Shown: in pieces, positions 13,880-45,451 of the stretch | Layout of the letters: each line of letters starts with the position of its first letter | How positions within the stretch are numbered: position 1 is the first letter of the stretch | From: Paragordius varius | Taxonomy: Eukaryota; Animalia; Nematomorpha | DNA: 64,000 nt | NCBI GenBank assembly: GCA_964247055.1 | Contig: OZ176057.1 | Location: forward strand, 5,704,001 to 5,768,000 | Reading direction: 5' to 3' | Translations under genes and position numbers: made by a program | The notes under the pieces: generated by a model | Told to the model about the DNA's origin: nothing | Databases searched by the model: none | Seen by the model: the letters and a program-made list of their open reading frames with translations, nothing else

Positions 13880-14721
13880 TATATTACAAAGCTTACCCAG
13901 CTATTTTCAACCATTTCATTAACAGTCAACAAGTCGATTTCATTATTAATTAACCTCTCAACTTTGCTCCTTAAACCGAGAAAATTTGGCGGTTTATGAG
14001 TATCGGTATAAAGTCGAACTTTTTCTTAAACTAAACGATAATGCAATTACAAATAAAGTGCATAATCTGCTAATTTTAAATAATATCTAATAAAAAATCA
14101 ATTTTCCATCATTAATCAACCTTTTAACTTTTCTGCTTGAGGCGGCATATATTAGGTCTAGTTTTAATTATTAATATTATCAAAATTACAGGAAGATAAA
14201 TTTAACTAATTTTAATTGTATCAAAATTTTTCAGCAAAATTATTTGAATTTTAGCAAAGACGCATGTTATATAAATAGTTTAATGTTTATAAAGATTGTA
14301 GATTCGATAGAAATAAATAAAATTTTTGCAAAAATTATTTTTACTGTACTGTATGTAGTAATAAAAATATCCATAATGTGAAACTGAAATTAAGCCCTCA
14401 AGTGAATACCAAAAATAATCTTATATATTTTTGAATAAAAAAAACTTTTGTTTAATGTTAAAAAGAGTAATGTTTTGACATGAAACATGTGTTAAAATAA
14501 AAATATCACTATTTTTGAAAAAATCCAAAATTCTAATATAAATCAGAAATGCCATCAACAAAAATTTATATAATTTGGTACCGAAACAAATATTTATATT
14601 TAAACTCTTGTCAAGATTAAGTTTATAAGGATCATTTAAGGTTTTGCAGTGTAAAACGGTATCTATATGTTACAAAAAAATGGACAGTCTGTATTTTAAT
14701 GATTGCACCTATCAAAGAAAG

Positions 14722-14818
14722 GCAATTTGCAGCACAGTAGTGTATGGAAAAAAAACCACAAAATGTTGATTAAACAATTATTATTCTTTTTTCCATACAC
14801 TACTGTGTTGCAAATTGC
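14722..14818. repeat. Small hairpin/foldback element family A
   Basis: 32-bp arms GCAATTTGCAGCACAGTAGTGTATGGAAAAAA / TTTTTTCCATACACTACTGTGTTGCAAATTGC with one mismatch. Relatives at ~3494-3590, ~4303-4440, ~8195-8297 and ~19732-19833. Confidence 0.8.
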
Positions 14819-15089
14819 TCAACTATAGTATGTGGAATAAGCAACCATTAAAATGCATACTGTAAATGCAGATCGGTAACATAGTTTAAGTTTAAAATTC
14901 AAAAAATTTAATATTTTTTTATAAAAAATTAACCTTACTTTTTATGTTTTGACTTTACATCTCTAATTTTACAGTTTGTGTTTAATAGTGTGACGTATAT
15001 AAACTACAAAAAGTGTGATTTAACGATGCTTTATTGTTAATTTCAACAACAATAAACTAATATAAAGTTATCATAAAAATATATATTTA

Positions 15090-16923
15090 ATGGAAAACAA
15101 TCAAAACCACCATTCTTCTAAAGAAAATGTGGAAAAGAGATTGTCGAATAAAAAAGAATTTTCTCCTGCAGAACTAAATATGTTAGCTATTGGAAGTCCT
15201 ATCGAATATTATGAATCTTCAAAACTTATTCAAAACCGCAAAAAGGTAATAAACATTAAAATATATTTTGATTTTACAGTAAAAGTAAAAATTAAAATTA
15301 GATATACCGATTTTCAGTCAGAAGCAACATTTTTTTAAGCAAATGCAACATTTTTCTAAGCAAACTCAGCAATTTTCATGCAAAGACAACTGAATGTTGC
15401 TTTTGCTTTAAAATATGTTTTTGACTGAAAAATGGTATATCGCCAAAAAGCAAAAACTATAAGGGACAAATTTTTTTGGGAACAGATAAGCAACCATATT
15501 TTTTGAAACGTTAATAATTCCATCCAACATAACCTATATAATTACATCTGCAAAATTAATAATTGAATGCGATTTACCAATTTAAATCTCTATTTCCTAT
15601 TTCGCAATCCAAAACGATGATAAATTTAATATTCAGAAAATCACAAAGTTTTAAAAAATGAATATTTATCTTTTAGCAAAAATATTTATAATAATTTTAT
15701 TTTTTACTCTATATATGTATAAAAGGCCAAATCAGAAAACATTGATTCAATGATGCAGAATGAACCCATTTCTAATCAAGATTTTAACATTGAATCGCTT
15801 CAATCACCTGATAAGAGCCCAACAGAAATAATAACATTATCAAAAGACTTAAATATCGTTCAAAATGTAAAATTATCAGATGCTTTAGCTAGTAGCAATG
15901 AAAATAAAACTTTTGAAAAAGGAGGACCAGCTAATAAAATGGAAATGGTAAATGATGAAGTGTTTATTCAAGACAACAAATTTGCTAAAACTAAATTTAC
16001 TGATAAAGAACCAAATCTAATTGACTTTAAAATAAGTAGTAATGATTTGAAGGAAAAACAAAAAATTATTACATTGACCGATAATAAAAGAGATGAAGAT
16101 TGCGACACATGTGACAAAAGTCCTGAAGAAATGAATATTACAAAACAAAACTCTCCAAAAAAGTTTAATAGCACAGATGATAAAAACTCAACACCAAATG
16201 TATTAGGATTACCCAGCAAGCATTCTTTGCATCGCCCTTCCTTAGATCATCGACTAAATTTACTTAATCAAGTTTGAATTTGTAAATAATTTAATGACTA
16301 AAACCGTAAAATTAGAATTAATAATAGATAATTACTATATCTCCCTGTATTAGTCAAATACTGTAAAAATTGAAATTATACGTACAAAACGTAAAAATAG
16401 AAAGACAAATTTTTTTTTATAAAAAACAACCCATACTTTTTAAACCTTAATTTTCCTCATATAAATAATATAACAACAATTGTAAAATATATAATTGATT
16501 ACCCATAAACATATCAATTTCATACTTTGCATTTAACAATGAGTTATAATATTTAAAAAATCAAGATTTAAAAAGTATAGCGTTGTCCTTTTATAAAAAA
16601 AATATTTGTCTTTATATTTTACGTTTTGTTCGTATATTATCAGTTTCTACTGTATTTTATTTTACTTTCATTGTATATATATTTTCAATCATAGTTTTTA
16701 ATTTAATTTAATCCATAAAATTAAATTTTATTATAATTTCTGACAATAAAACAATTAGAAAATGGTAGGAATTACAGGAAAAACTTCACCAGAAAATTTG
16801 TATGAATTGAGTTGGGCGTGGGATACTAAAAGGCTAAAAGAACTAAACAACTCTTTCCAGGCCTGGTTAACACGCAACGAATGCCTAATAACTGCCAAAA
16901 TTCAAAACAATGTTGTTTCATAA
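15090..16923 (+). CDS. Unrecognised protein, paralog 2 (~288 aa); exons 15090-15245, 15726-16271, 16759-16923
   Basis: ORFs 15090 and 15750 plus a sub-threshold 53-codon ORF at 16762. Junctions AAG|GTAATA, AAAAG|GCC, CAA|GTTTGA and TTAG|AAAATG are all phase 0. Confidence 0.65.
16361..16652. mobile_element. MITE family B
   Basis: TA-CTGTAAAAATTGAAATTATACG...CAGTTTCTACTG-TA. Confidence 0.75.
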
Positions 16924-19900
16924 AATAAAATAGTAGAAAAAAAATGAAATAAATGTTTTTTGATACAAAGTATCAATTTATTTTATTAAAAATTTATTAT
17001 CTCACTTTGTACTACTTACTTTTTACCTTTAATTAAATTAATAACTAACCGTGTGGTATGCTAATATATATTAGCATACCAGCAATTAAAGTTCTTTTAT
17101 TTATAAATATAGATAAAGTGTAAGCTCAAAAGAGTTTTTTTGACTTTAAATTTTGAATTTTTCTGAGAGACGAGATTTTCAATTAAAAATGAAATTGTAA
17201 AATCATTTAGATAAATATTAAAAAAGCGGTATATTATTTAAACTTGATTAAAGTATATCAATTAAAGAGCTTTAAATTAGTACAAAATCAATTGTTATAG
17301 GAAAACCAAGGTTTAAAAAAGTATAGTTGAATTCAAATATATGTTTTTTACGTGTTGTCTGTGTTATTCAATTTTTACTGTGTGTTAGATGTAAATAGTA
17401 TCAATATATGGTGTTAAATACTAAAATTTTATATTATTTATCTTTAAAGGTACTTTGACCCTGGACTATTTTAACGTAATTTATAAAACGTAATAAAAAA
17501 CATCTTAAAAAAATGTTATAATTGAAGGAAATATAAAATTTACTTTTTCATATGCATTTAGCCATTGTGTTTCTTCCAATAAACTTTATTTTATAGATAT
17601 AACATTTAAATAGTGCTTTGTATAGTTTATATAAACAGTTTAAAATCAACTAATAACCTGTTTGTTAAAAAGCCATCACAGACTCAAGCTAAAAAAAGAT
17701 ATTAAATATTTGAGTCTTTTTAAAAGGTAGTAAATATATAAGAGTTATAATAAGCATTCTAATATTTTACTGCATAGTATTATTTTTTTGATTCAAAATT
17801 GACGGCAATGTGCAATTTATTTTTAATGTCTATCAGTATTTTATGGACCTAGTGAAAAATTAGCGATAATTATTTGCGTTTTTCTGATTCGAAACCCTGA
17901 ATGATATTTTTCATATTATTTTAACCGCACTTTAACATTTCCATATTTATCTAGCTTTTAGCTATTTAATGATATATAATTTACAAACATTGTTTCTGCT
18001 AATACTAACAATTATAAAAATTAAATAAAAATTCTAAATTCCATATTTATCCTTTCTAGATTTAAATGATCTAAATTTGCCGTTTTTAGAAATAGCAGGT
18101 AAAGAACATGAAAATTGATTGTATAATGTTATTACCCTATATTTTAATATATTTGAACACAATCGCAATCTATTATATATTTTAATGCTCTCAACATTTT
18201 AAAAATTACAAATATCATCTAAAAAATTATATCTTATCTAAAACTAACAAGTTTACTTCAAATATTGGGCAAACAAATACCTAACCCTTTATACCAGGCG
18301 GTTTATAAGTCTCGGTATAAAGTCGAGCTTTTTCTTCAACTAATCAGTTAATGATATTCAAATAGTACCTGCTCTGATGATTTTGAACATTCTTTTAACA
18401 ACAAAAAAATCGATTTCATTATCAATCAACCTTCTCACTTTGCTCCTTATACATTGACGGTTTATGAGTATTATAAAGTTCTTTAATTTAACAGATTATG
18501 GTATATATATTGCAGAGCCTACCCAGCTATTTTCACCCTTAAACAATTTAAAGTCACCCTTGAACAATTCAAATTCACCCTCAAAAAAATATATGTTTTT
18601 TAAGATTAAAAATTACCAATATTTATATATATTTTTAAAAATAAAAAATTTTGTTTTAATTTAAAATAATACTGAAAAAATAATAAACTATAACATAAAC
18701 ATATTCATATTAATAATGAGTTATATAAGTTCGAAAATACATAATTTATTTTTAGGGTGAATTTGAATTGTTCAAGGGTGAATTTGAATTGTTCAAAGGT
18801 GAATTTGAATTGTTCAAGGGTGAATTTGAATTGTCTAAGGGTGAATTTGAACTGTAAATGGTATATTACAAATATTTTCAACCATCTCATTAACAGTCAA
18901 AAGTCAATTTCATTATTAATATACCTCTCACCTCTGTGGTCCTTAAACCGAGAAATTTGGCGGATTTTGAGTATCGGTATATATAAAGTCGAGCTTTTTC
19001 TTCAACTAAACAAAATGATATTCGAAAAAAAGTGCATAATCTGCTAATTTTAAACACCATTCTAATAAAAAACAAATTTCCATCATCAATCAACCTCTTA
19101 ACTTTGTTCAGGTGGCACATATATCAGGTCTAGTTTTAATTACTAACATTATTAAAATTACAGGAAAATGAATTAAACTAATTATTATTGTATCAAAATT
19201 ATTCAGCAAAATTATTTGATTAACACACTCATTAAAACTTAAATGCCAATCTCCATATTTCATCATTTAGTAATCACAAATTGATGAGAAGCAAATTTTA
19301 GCAAAAACCTATATTATATAAATAGTTTAATGTTTATAAAATAAAAAAAAAATATTGCAAAAATTATTTTTACTGTACTTACTGTATGTAAAAATATCCA
19401 TAATGTGAAAATGAAATTAAGCTTTGAGTGAATACCAAAAATAATCTTATATATTTTTGAAAAAAACCCTTTTGTTTAATGTTAAAAAGAGTGATGTTTT
19501 GACATAAAAACATGTGTTAAAATAAAAATATCGCTATTTTTGAAAATATAATCAGAAATGCCTGCAACAATAATTTATATAATTTGGTACCGAATAAATA
19601 TTTATATTTAGAGTGAGGTTAAATTTGTTTTTAAGAATCAATTTAAATTTTTGCAGTGTATAACGGTATCTATAGGTTGCAAAAATGATGGTTACAGTCT
19701 GTATTTTAATGATTGCGCCTACCAAAGTAAGGCAATTTGCAGCACAGTATTGTATGGAAAAAAACAATATAGTGTTGAATAAACAATTATTTCCTTTCTT
19801 TTTTCCATACACTAATGTGTAGTTGCAAATTGCCCAACTATAGTATGTGGAATAAAATGCATACTGTAAATGCAAATCGGTAACATAAAGTTTAAAATTC

Positions 19901-20071
19901 AAAAAATTTAATATTTCTTTATAAAAAATTAACCTTACTTTTTATGTTTTGACTTTACATTTCTAATTTTACAGTATGTGTTTAATTGTGTGACGTAATA
20001 CTTACACAATGTGATTTAACGATTGTTATTTTCAACAACAATAAACCAATATAAAGTTATCATAAAAATTA

Positions 20072-21814
20072 ATGGAAAACAATCAAAATCATTCTTCTAA
20101 AGAAGATAAAAAGAGATCGTCGAATAAAAAAGAAATTTCTCCGACGGAGCTAAATATGTTAGCCATTGGAAGTCCGATCGAATATTATGAATCATCAAAA
20201 GTTATTCAATACCGCAAAAAGGTATAAATTACCAAAATTTTGAGAATTTATTATTAGATATACTGTGTTCTGACAAAAGCAACATATTTTCAGAACGCAA
20301 TCTTTTTTCAGGCAAATACAATTAGAATGTTGCGTTAAAAAAATGTTGTCTTTGGTTGAAATTGTTGTGTTGATTGGGAATTGCTGCGTTTGTTTGAAAA
20401 AAATGTTGTTTTGACTGAAATGATATACAGGCAATACATTATAAAAGACAAATATTTTTTTAAACAGACTATCATACTTTCTTTACCTAAATTTTCCAAA
20501 AATCTCTAGTATCCATTTCCCACCCAAAATGGTTAGTATTATTAAAGAAATGACAAGGTTTAAAAAATGAACAGTTGTCTTTTAACAAAAATAGTTTTGT
20601 CTTTTATATTTTTTTATTTTTTTACCGTATAAAAGGCCAAATCAGGAAACATTGACTCAATGATACAGGAAAAACCGATTTCCAATCAAGATTTTAGCAT
20701 TAAATCGCTTCAATCACCTGATAAGAGCCCAACAGAAATAATATCAGAAGACTTAAATATCGTACAAAATTTAGAATTGTCAGACGCTTTGGCTAGGAAT
20801 AATAACAAAACTTCTGTAAAAGGACCAGCCAACAAAATGGAAGTTATTAATGATGAAGCGTTTATTAAAGACAACAAATTTGCTAAAACTAAATTTACTG
20901 GTAAAGAACAAAATTTGATTGACTTTAAAACAAGTAGTAGTGATTTGAAGGAAGAACAAGCAATTATTACATTGACCGATAGGAAAAGAGATGAAAATTG
21001 CGACACATGTGACAAAAGTCCAGAAGAAAATATTACAAAACAAAACTCTCCAAAAAATTAAAATTGTACAGATGATAAAAGCTCAACACCAAATGTATTA
21101 GGATTACCCAACAAGCATTATTTTCATCGCCCTTCGTTAGATCATCGACTAAATTTACTAAATCAAGTTTAGATTTTATAAATTTTAAGACTAAAACCGT
21201 AACATTAAAATTAAAAATAGATAATTACTATATTTAACTGTATTGGTAAATTACAGTAAAAATTGAAATTATACGGACCAAACGAAAAATATAAAGACAA
21301 ATATTTTTGTAAAAAACAACCCGATACTTTTTTAAACATTAATTTTTCTCATATAAATTATATAACTACAATTGCAAAATATATAATTGATTGTTTTACC
21401 CATAAACATATAAATTTCATACTTTGCCATTTAAAACAATGAATGAGTTATAATATTTAAAAAATTAAGATTTAAAAAATACAGGATTGTAGAAAAAATA
21501 TTTGTTTTTACGTTTTGTCCGTATATTTTCAGTTTTTACTATATTTTATTTTACTTTCATTGTATATATATATCAATCATGATTTTTATATAATTTAATC
21601 CTAAAAATGTAATTTTATAATGTAATTTTGTGACAAATAAAAAAACTAGAAAATGGTAGGAATTACAGGAAAAACTTCACCAGAAAATTTGTATGAATTG
21701 AGTTGGGCGTGGGATACTAAAAGGCTAAAAGAACTAAACAACTCTTTCCAGGCCTGGTTAACACGGAACGAATGCCTAATAACTGACAAAATTCGAAACA
21801 ATGTTGTTTTATAA
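20072..21814 (+). pseudogene. Paralog 3 with an in-frame premature TAA at 21059-21061; exons 20072-20221, 20636-21166, 21650-21814
   Basis: CCA AAA AAT TAA AAT TGT ACA GAT..., after which the frame continues to HRPSLDHRLNLLNQ. Confidence 0.65.
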
Positions 21815-23510
21815 AACAGTATAAAAAAATAATGAAATAAATGTTTTTTGATACCAAAGTATCAATTTATTTATTCAAAATTTATCATCCCACTTTGTAC
21901 TAATTGCTTTTTACCTATAATAATAATAATAAGAATTAACTAACTCTGTATATATATTGGTAGTACCAGCAACTAAGTTCTTTTTATATAGATAAAGTGT
22001 ATGCTGAAAAAAGTTTTTTTGACTTTAAATTTTATAATTTTCGGACACAAGTTTTACAGTTCAAATGAAATTGTAAAATCATACAGATAAATATGATAAA
22101 AAACCGGTATATTTTTTAAACTTTATTAATTGTAAAGTATATCTAATAGAACTTTAAATTAGTACAAAACCAAGTTTTATCGGAAAACCAAGGTTTAAAA
22201 AAGTATAGTTGAATTCAAAATATTTCTTTTTTACGTGTTGGCTGTGTTATTCAATTTTTACTGTGTGTTAAATGTAAATAGTATCAATACATGGTGCAAA
22301 ATACTAAAATTTTATATTATTTATTTTGAAAGGTACTTTGACCCTGGACTATTTTAGCGTAATTTATAAAACGTAATAAAAAACATCATAAAAAGAAGGA
22401 AATATAATTTACTTTTTTATATCATATAGCCATTGTGTTTCTACCAATCTTTATTTTATATATAAAACATTTAAATTTTAATTAAAGAATGCTTTGTGAA
22501 AAAGTTTATATAAACAGTTATAAATCGACCAGTAACCTACTTATTAAAAAGCCATCAGACTAAAACTAAAAAAAACAAATTAAATACTAGAGTCTATTTA
22601 AAAGGTAGTAAATATATGATAGTTGTAATAAGCATTTTAATATTTTACTGCATATATATATTTATTTTTGATTCAAAATTGACGGTAATGTGCGAGTTAG
22701 CTTTTTAATATCTATCAGTATTTTCAGGACCTAATGAAAAATTATCGATAATTTTTTGCGATTTTCTGATTCGAAACCCTGAAAAATGATGTTTTTCATA
22801 TTGTATTTTAACCGCAGTAACATTTCCATATTTATTTTGAAACTTTTAGCTATTAAATGATATATGATTTATAAACATTTTTTCCTGCTAATATGAACAA
22901 ATATTGAAACATAAATTAAATAAGAAAAATTTTAGATTCCATATTTATTCTTTTGAGGATTAAATGATATAAATTGAGGTTTTTGGAAATAGCAGGTAAA
23001 GAACAGAAAATTGGTTGTATAATGTTATTTTATACCCTAGTATAGAATTTAAATCGCTTTGACAACAATCTATTATATATTTTTATGCTTTCAACATTTT
23101 AAAAATTACAAATATTATCCTTAAAAATTATATCTTATCTTAACTAACAAGTTTTCCTTACTTCAAATATTGGGCAAACAAATAATTAGTGTATTAAAAA
23201 CATCAAACTAAATTGCTTTCACAGCTTAAATAGTTTTAAACAGTAAAAATTCAATTAACCTCTCAACTTTGTCTCCTTACACCAGGCGGTTCATAAGTAT
23301 CTGTATAAAGTCGAGCTTTTTCTTCAACTAATCAGTTAATGATATTCAGTCCCTATTCTGATGATTTTCAACATTCTTTTAACAACTAAAAAATCGATTT
23401 CCTTATCAATCAACATTCTCACTTTGCTCCTTATACCCAAAAGTTTGGCGGTTTATGAGTATCCGTATAAAGTCAAGCTCCCCTCAATTTAATAGATTAT
23501 GGTATATATA

Positions 23511-23898
23511 CCATTTACAATTCTATTTCACCCTTAAAAAACTCAAGTTCACCCTTGAACAATTCAAATTCACCCTGAAACAATTCAAAATCACCCCTGA
23601 ACAATTCAAATTTACCCTTGAACGATTCAAATTCACCCTTGAACAATTCAAATTTACCCTCAAATAAAATATATGTTTTTTTAAGATTAAAAATTACCAA
23701 TATTTTTATATATTTTTAAAAAAATAAAAATTTTGTTTTAAATTAAAATAATACTGAAAAATAATAAACTATAACATAAACATATATTTCATATACGAGT
23801 TATATTAGTTCGAAAAATACATAATTTATTTTTAGGGTGAATTTGAATTGTTCAAGGGTAAATTTTAATTATTCAAGGGTGAATTTAACCGTAAATGG
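23511..23898. mobile_element. Foldback MITE family C
   Basis: TA|CCATTTACA...GTAAATGG with 21-mer arrays. Confidence 0.85.
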
Positions 23899-25208
23899 TT
23901 ATAAAGCCTACCTAGCTATTTTCAACCATCTCATTAACAGTCAAAATTCAATTTCATTATTAATTTACTTCTCACCTCTTTGTTCCTTAAACCGAGAAAA
24001 TTTAGCGGTTTATGAGTATCGGTATATATAAAGTCGAGCTTTTTATTCAACTAAACGAAATGAAATTCGAAAAACGTGCATAATCTGCTAATTTTCAAAC
24101 ACCATTCTAATAAAAAACAAATTTCCAACATCAATCAACCTCTTAACTTTGTTCCATTAAGGTGGCACATATATCAGGTCTAGTTTTAATTACTAATAAT
24201 ATCAAAAATACAGAAAATAAATTCAACTAATTTTTATTGTATCAAAATTATTCAGCAAAATTATTTGATTAACACTCACATTAAATCTTAAATGCCAATC
24301 TCAATATATCATCATTTAGTAACCACAATTTGATGAGAAGCAAATTTTAGCAAAGACGTATATTAGATTATATAAATAGTTTAATATTTATAAAGATTGT
24401 TTTTTTCAATAGATATAAAATAAAATTTTTGCAAAAATTAATTTTACTGTACTGTATGTAGTAATAAAAATATCCATAATGTGAAACTGAAATTAAGCCT
24501 TAAAGTGAATACCAAAAATAGTATTATATATTTATGAAAAATTAAAAAAAACTTTTTTTTCTATTTAAAAATTTGGAGCATATTTATAATTTGAACCAAA
24601 ATGAAATCGGTAAAAAACACTATACAATAAAAACTTTTTTTTCATGTAAATCAAACAAAGGCTAAAAATCATTTTTATTAGATTTATAGGAAATAACCGC
24701 CAAATAATAATGCATACAACTAGAAACTTTTTACAAGTCCTAGTAAAAAATTCTCCTTATTTAAGAAATCTAAAAATGGCCTTAAGAATGATCTGGTTAC
24801 CACTGAGATAGCACAATAGATTTTGTTGGTTTTTTATAAAGATATTATCTAGTTAATCTTCTTGTAATAAAACTGAATATAAAAATTTGATATTTATTTA
24901 TTTGTGTTTCAACCTATAATAAATTTGATAACTAACTATAAAATGAAAAATTCGTTGCTATAATGAATACACAAAAACATCAAATCAAATCGTAACAAAA
25001 AACGGAAAATGCATATGAAACACACATCAATATTAATGAATGTATATAAAATAAATGTAGAAGTTCATAATTCAAATTCAAACTAAAAACTGGAAAAATA
25101 AATGCAAAAAAAGCAATCAAACCCATCCACAACAATATTTAAATATAGTTTTTTGCGTAACTTTACAAAATTCAAAAAAAATTTAATTAAATCAAAAATT
25201 TCCTTCTC

Positions 25209-43366
<18,158 letters not shown>

Positions 43367-43822
43367 CTTTTATCCAAGTTGAAGATTATGACAGAATTTT
43401 GTGGAAAAAAATAGATTTATCAGAGGATATGCACTGATTTTCCGCCTAAAAGAGTAAATAATATATATATGTTAAACTGGTTGTAAAAAAATAATAAAAA
43501 GACTCATGACCGTAAAAAATTAAAGTTTTATCAAATCAAATTATCAAATATTTACCTGATTTTTTGGGAGGTGTCAATTTACAGCATGTGTTTATATTAC
43601 CATGTAGTATAGCATATGGCTTGAAATTATAAAAAAAAGATTTGCCTATAAAAATATTTAATTATTAACATTCAATTCAAATTAGAGTGTCTAAATACCC
43701 CAGACCATATTATTAAAATTTTTAAAAATTACTGAAAGAAACGGTCCCAATTTATATTAATGTTTCTATCCTAATAAAATTTATATAAATAACCCGAAAT
43801 ATCTAAATCAAATTTGGTTTAA

Positions 43823-44359
43823 CACTTCGATTCAAATTTGGGTATCTAAATACCCCAGACTATATTTAAATTAATATTTTTAAAAAATTACTCAAGGAAA
43901 CGGTCCCAATTTAAATTTATGCTTCTATCGTAATTAAAATTATATAGGTAAGCCAAAATATCTAAATAAAATTTCGTTGTGAAAAAAAAAGTTTCATGTC
44001 AAACTACAAAGACGCTATTTTTATGTTACAATATTGCCAAGTATCGTCTTAAATTTAAATTACATCTAACATTGATAGAATTGGAAAAAGCGGTTTATTT
44101 TGTATTTTGTAAAATTACCATTGCGCGCATGTCACGTTGATTAAATTTCGAACTTTCGGCTTTAGCTTAAAATAAGTAATATCAAGCATTTTAGAATATA
44201 ATTTTTTATATATTTTGGTTTGTTAATGTTAAAGAAGTGCAAAATTTTGCCATGGTTTTAATTCCTTCCATATTTTTTAAAGTTAATTTTAAAGGCCAGG
44301 GGTATCCAACTACTCCAATTTGAATCGAACGATTAAAATGAATGTGCTGTATCCAAGTG
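43823..44359 (+). mobile_element. piggyBac-like MITE family D (preceded by a partial left end at ~43670-43815)
   Basis: Same termini, TTAA on both sides. Confidence 0.85.
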
Positions 44360-45451
44360 TTAATTTAAATCTTAGAGATAATAATAAAAAAACAACTATA
44401 ATTTTGGCTTTGAAATAAAAAGGTTTTGAAAATGTTGCGATGAAATTGGCGTCCTCTCTTATAGGGCTTTTTATAATAGATATTTTGGCTAATTTATTTT
44501 CTTAGGATGGATGACATCTAGTAGTTTGTTTTAAGATATTATATGGTCTGGTACTAGTTATCACAATGTGCAAAGTCGTATCAAGACTGTTTACCAAACC
44601 AAACCCAAATAGATGTCCGCTTAAGGTCACACCATCAATTATTCATTTATTAATTTTTATTTTTTAAATTACATGGAACATATGATAGGCTTTTACATAT
44701 CATTTCGATACATTTGGGTTATTTTTCATCACAGGACATTATATAATTTGAATATTTACAAAAATATTTTTAGCATTGGGCCAATAAAATATAATTTAAA
44801 AGGCGCATGTTACAAATATTGTTTTAAAAAATCACTGCAAAAAACCTCATTTCAAACTTTTTACCCCCATTTTTTTACTTTTTTAATCGTGATACAGTTA
44901 TATTGGGGTTTATGGTTAAATTTTATTAAAGGTAAAGCTTTTAAATTACAATTTGATAAATAATATATTTATTTATTTTTATCCGCTGTTTGTTTCCATT
45001 GTGTTTTGGAGATATCTAAAGTTAAAACTCTATAACGAAATTGTAAAAATCAATTTTTTACACAGTGTCCACAATAGGAAATATGTATGATCAGTTAGAA
45101 AAATGTATCAGAATATTATGGTGCCTATGATAGCCCTTAAATATTTTTTAATATTGTAAATTTATGATGTCTCCGAAAGTTTATATTCCAGTTTTTGAAA
45201 TGGGCTTTTATTCATAAAATAACTCAAAAATGCCGTTATATGAAAAGGATTTGAAATATATGCTAAATTTTGAATCAATGAAAATGCATAATTTTTTTAA
45301 ATTTTTATTTAAGTAAAATTTTGTTGAAGCGCACCTAATATTTTGAGGCATGATGGAAACGGTATAAAAAACGCTTTAAGATATTAAAAACATTCTTTTA
45401 TATAATTTGACAATAAATTTTTCTATTACCGCACAATTTTATTTAGTTTAA

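Larger units (their letters stand above)
7640..14450 (+). repeat. Segmental tandem unit, copy 1 (~6.8 kb, including an internal ~1.4-kb duplication)
   Basis: Marker GAGT(G/A)ATGTTTTGACAT..AACATGTGTTAAAATAAAAAT at ~7643, ~14465 and ~19488; blocks are collinear throughout. Confidence 0.85.
14450..19480 (+). repeat. Segmental tandem unit, copy 2 (~5.0 kb)
   Basis: Collinear with copies 1 and 3. Confidence 0.85.
19480..24550 (+). repeat. Segmental tandem unit, copy 3 (~5.05 kb)
   Basis: Collinear with copies 1 and 2; similarity ends near 24545. Confidence 0.85.

Noticed and set aside
13702-13999. Periodic ORFs (KFTLEQF / NLNCSRV / GEFELFK), also at 4609, 18705, 18757, 23455, 23515, 23837 and 54278, and the N-termini of ORFs 32629 and 54467
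   Set aside because: These are translations of the 21-bp MITE repeat (7-codon period), not genes.
9308-21043. Minus-strand ORFs at 9308, 10773, 10838, 11571, 15968, 20710, 20780, 8693 and 20195
   Set aside because: Antisense to the plus-strand paralog exons or introns, where splice signals and frame conservation lie.
7640-24550. Triplication as an uncollapsed-haplotype assembly artefact
   Set aside because: There are three copies plus a partial one, with many substitutions, indels and a distinct intron 1 in copy 2, which is more than expected for alleles. Read depth would settle it.
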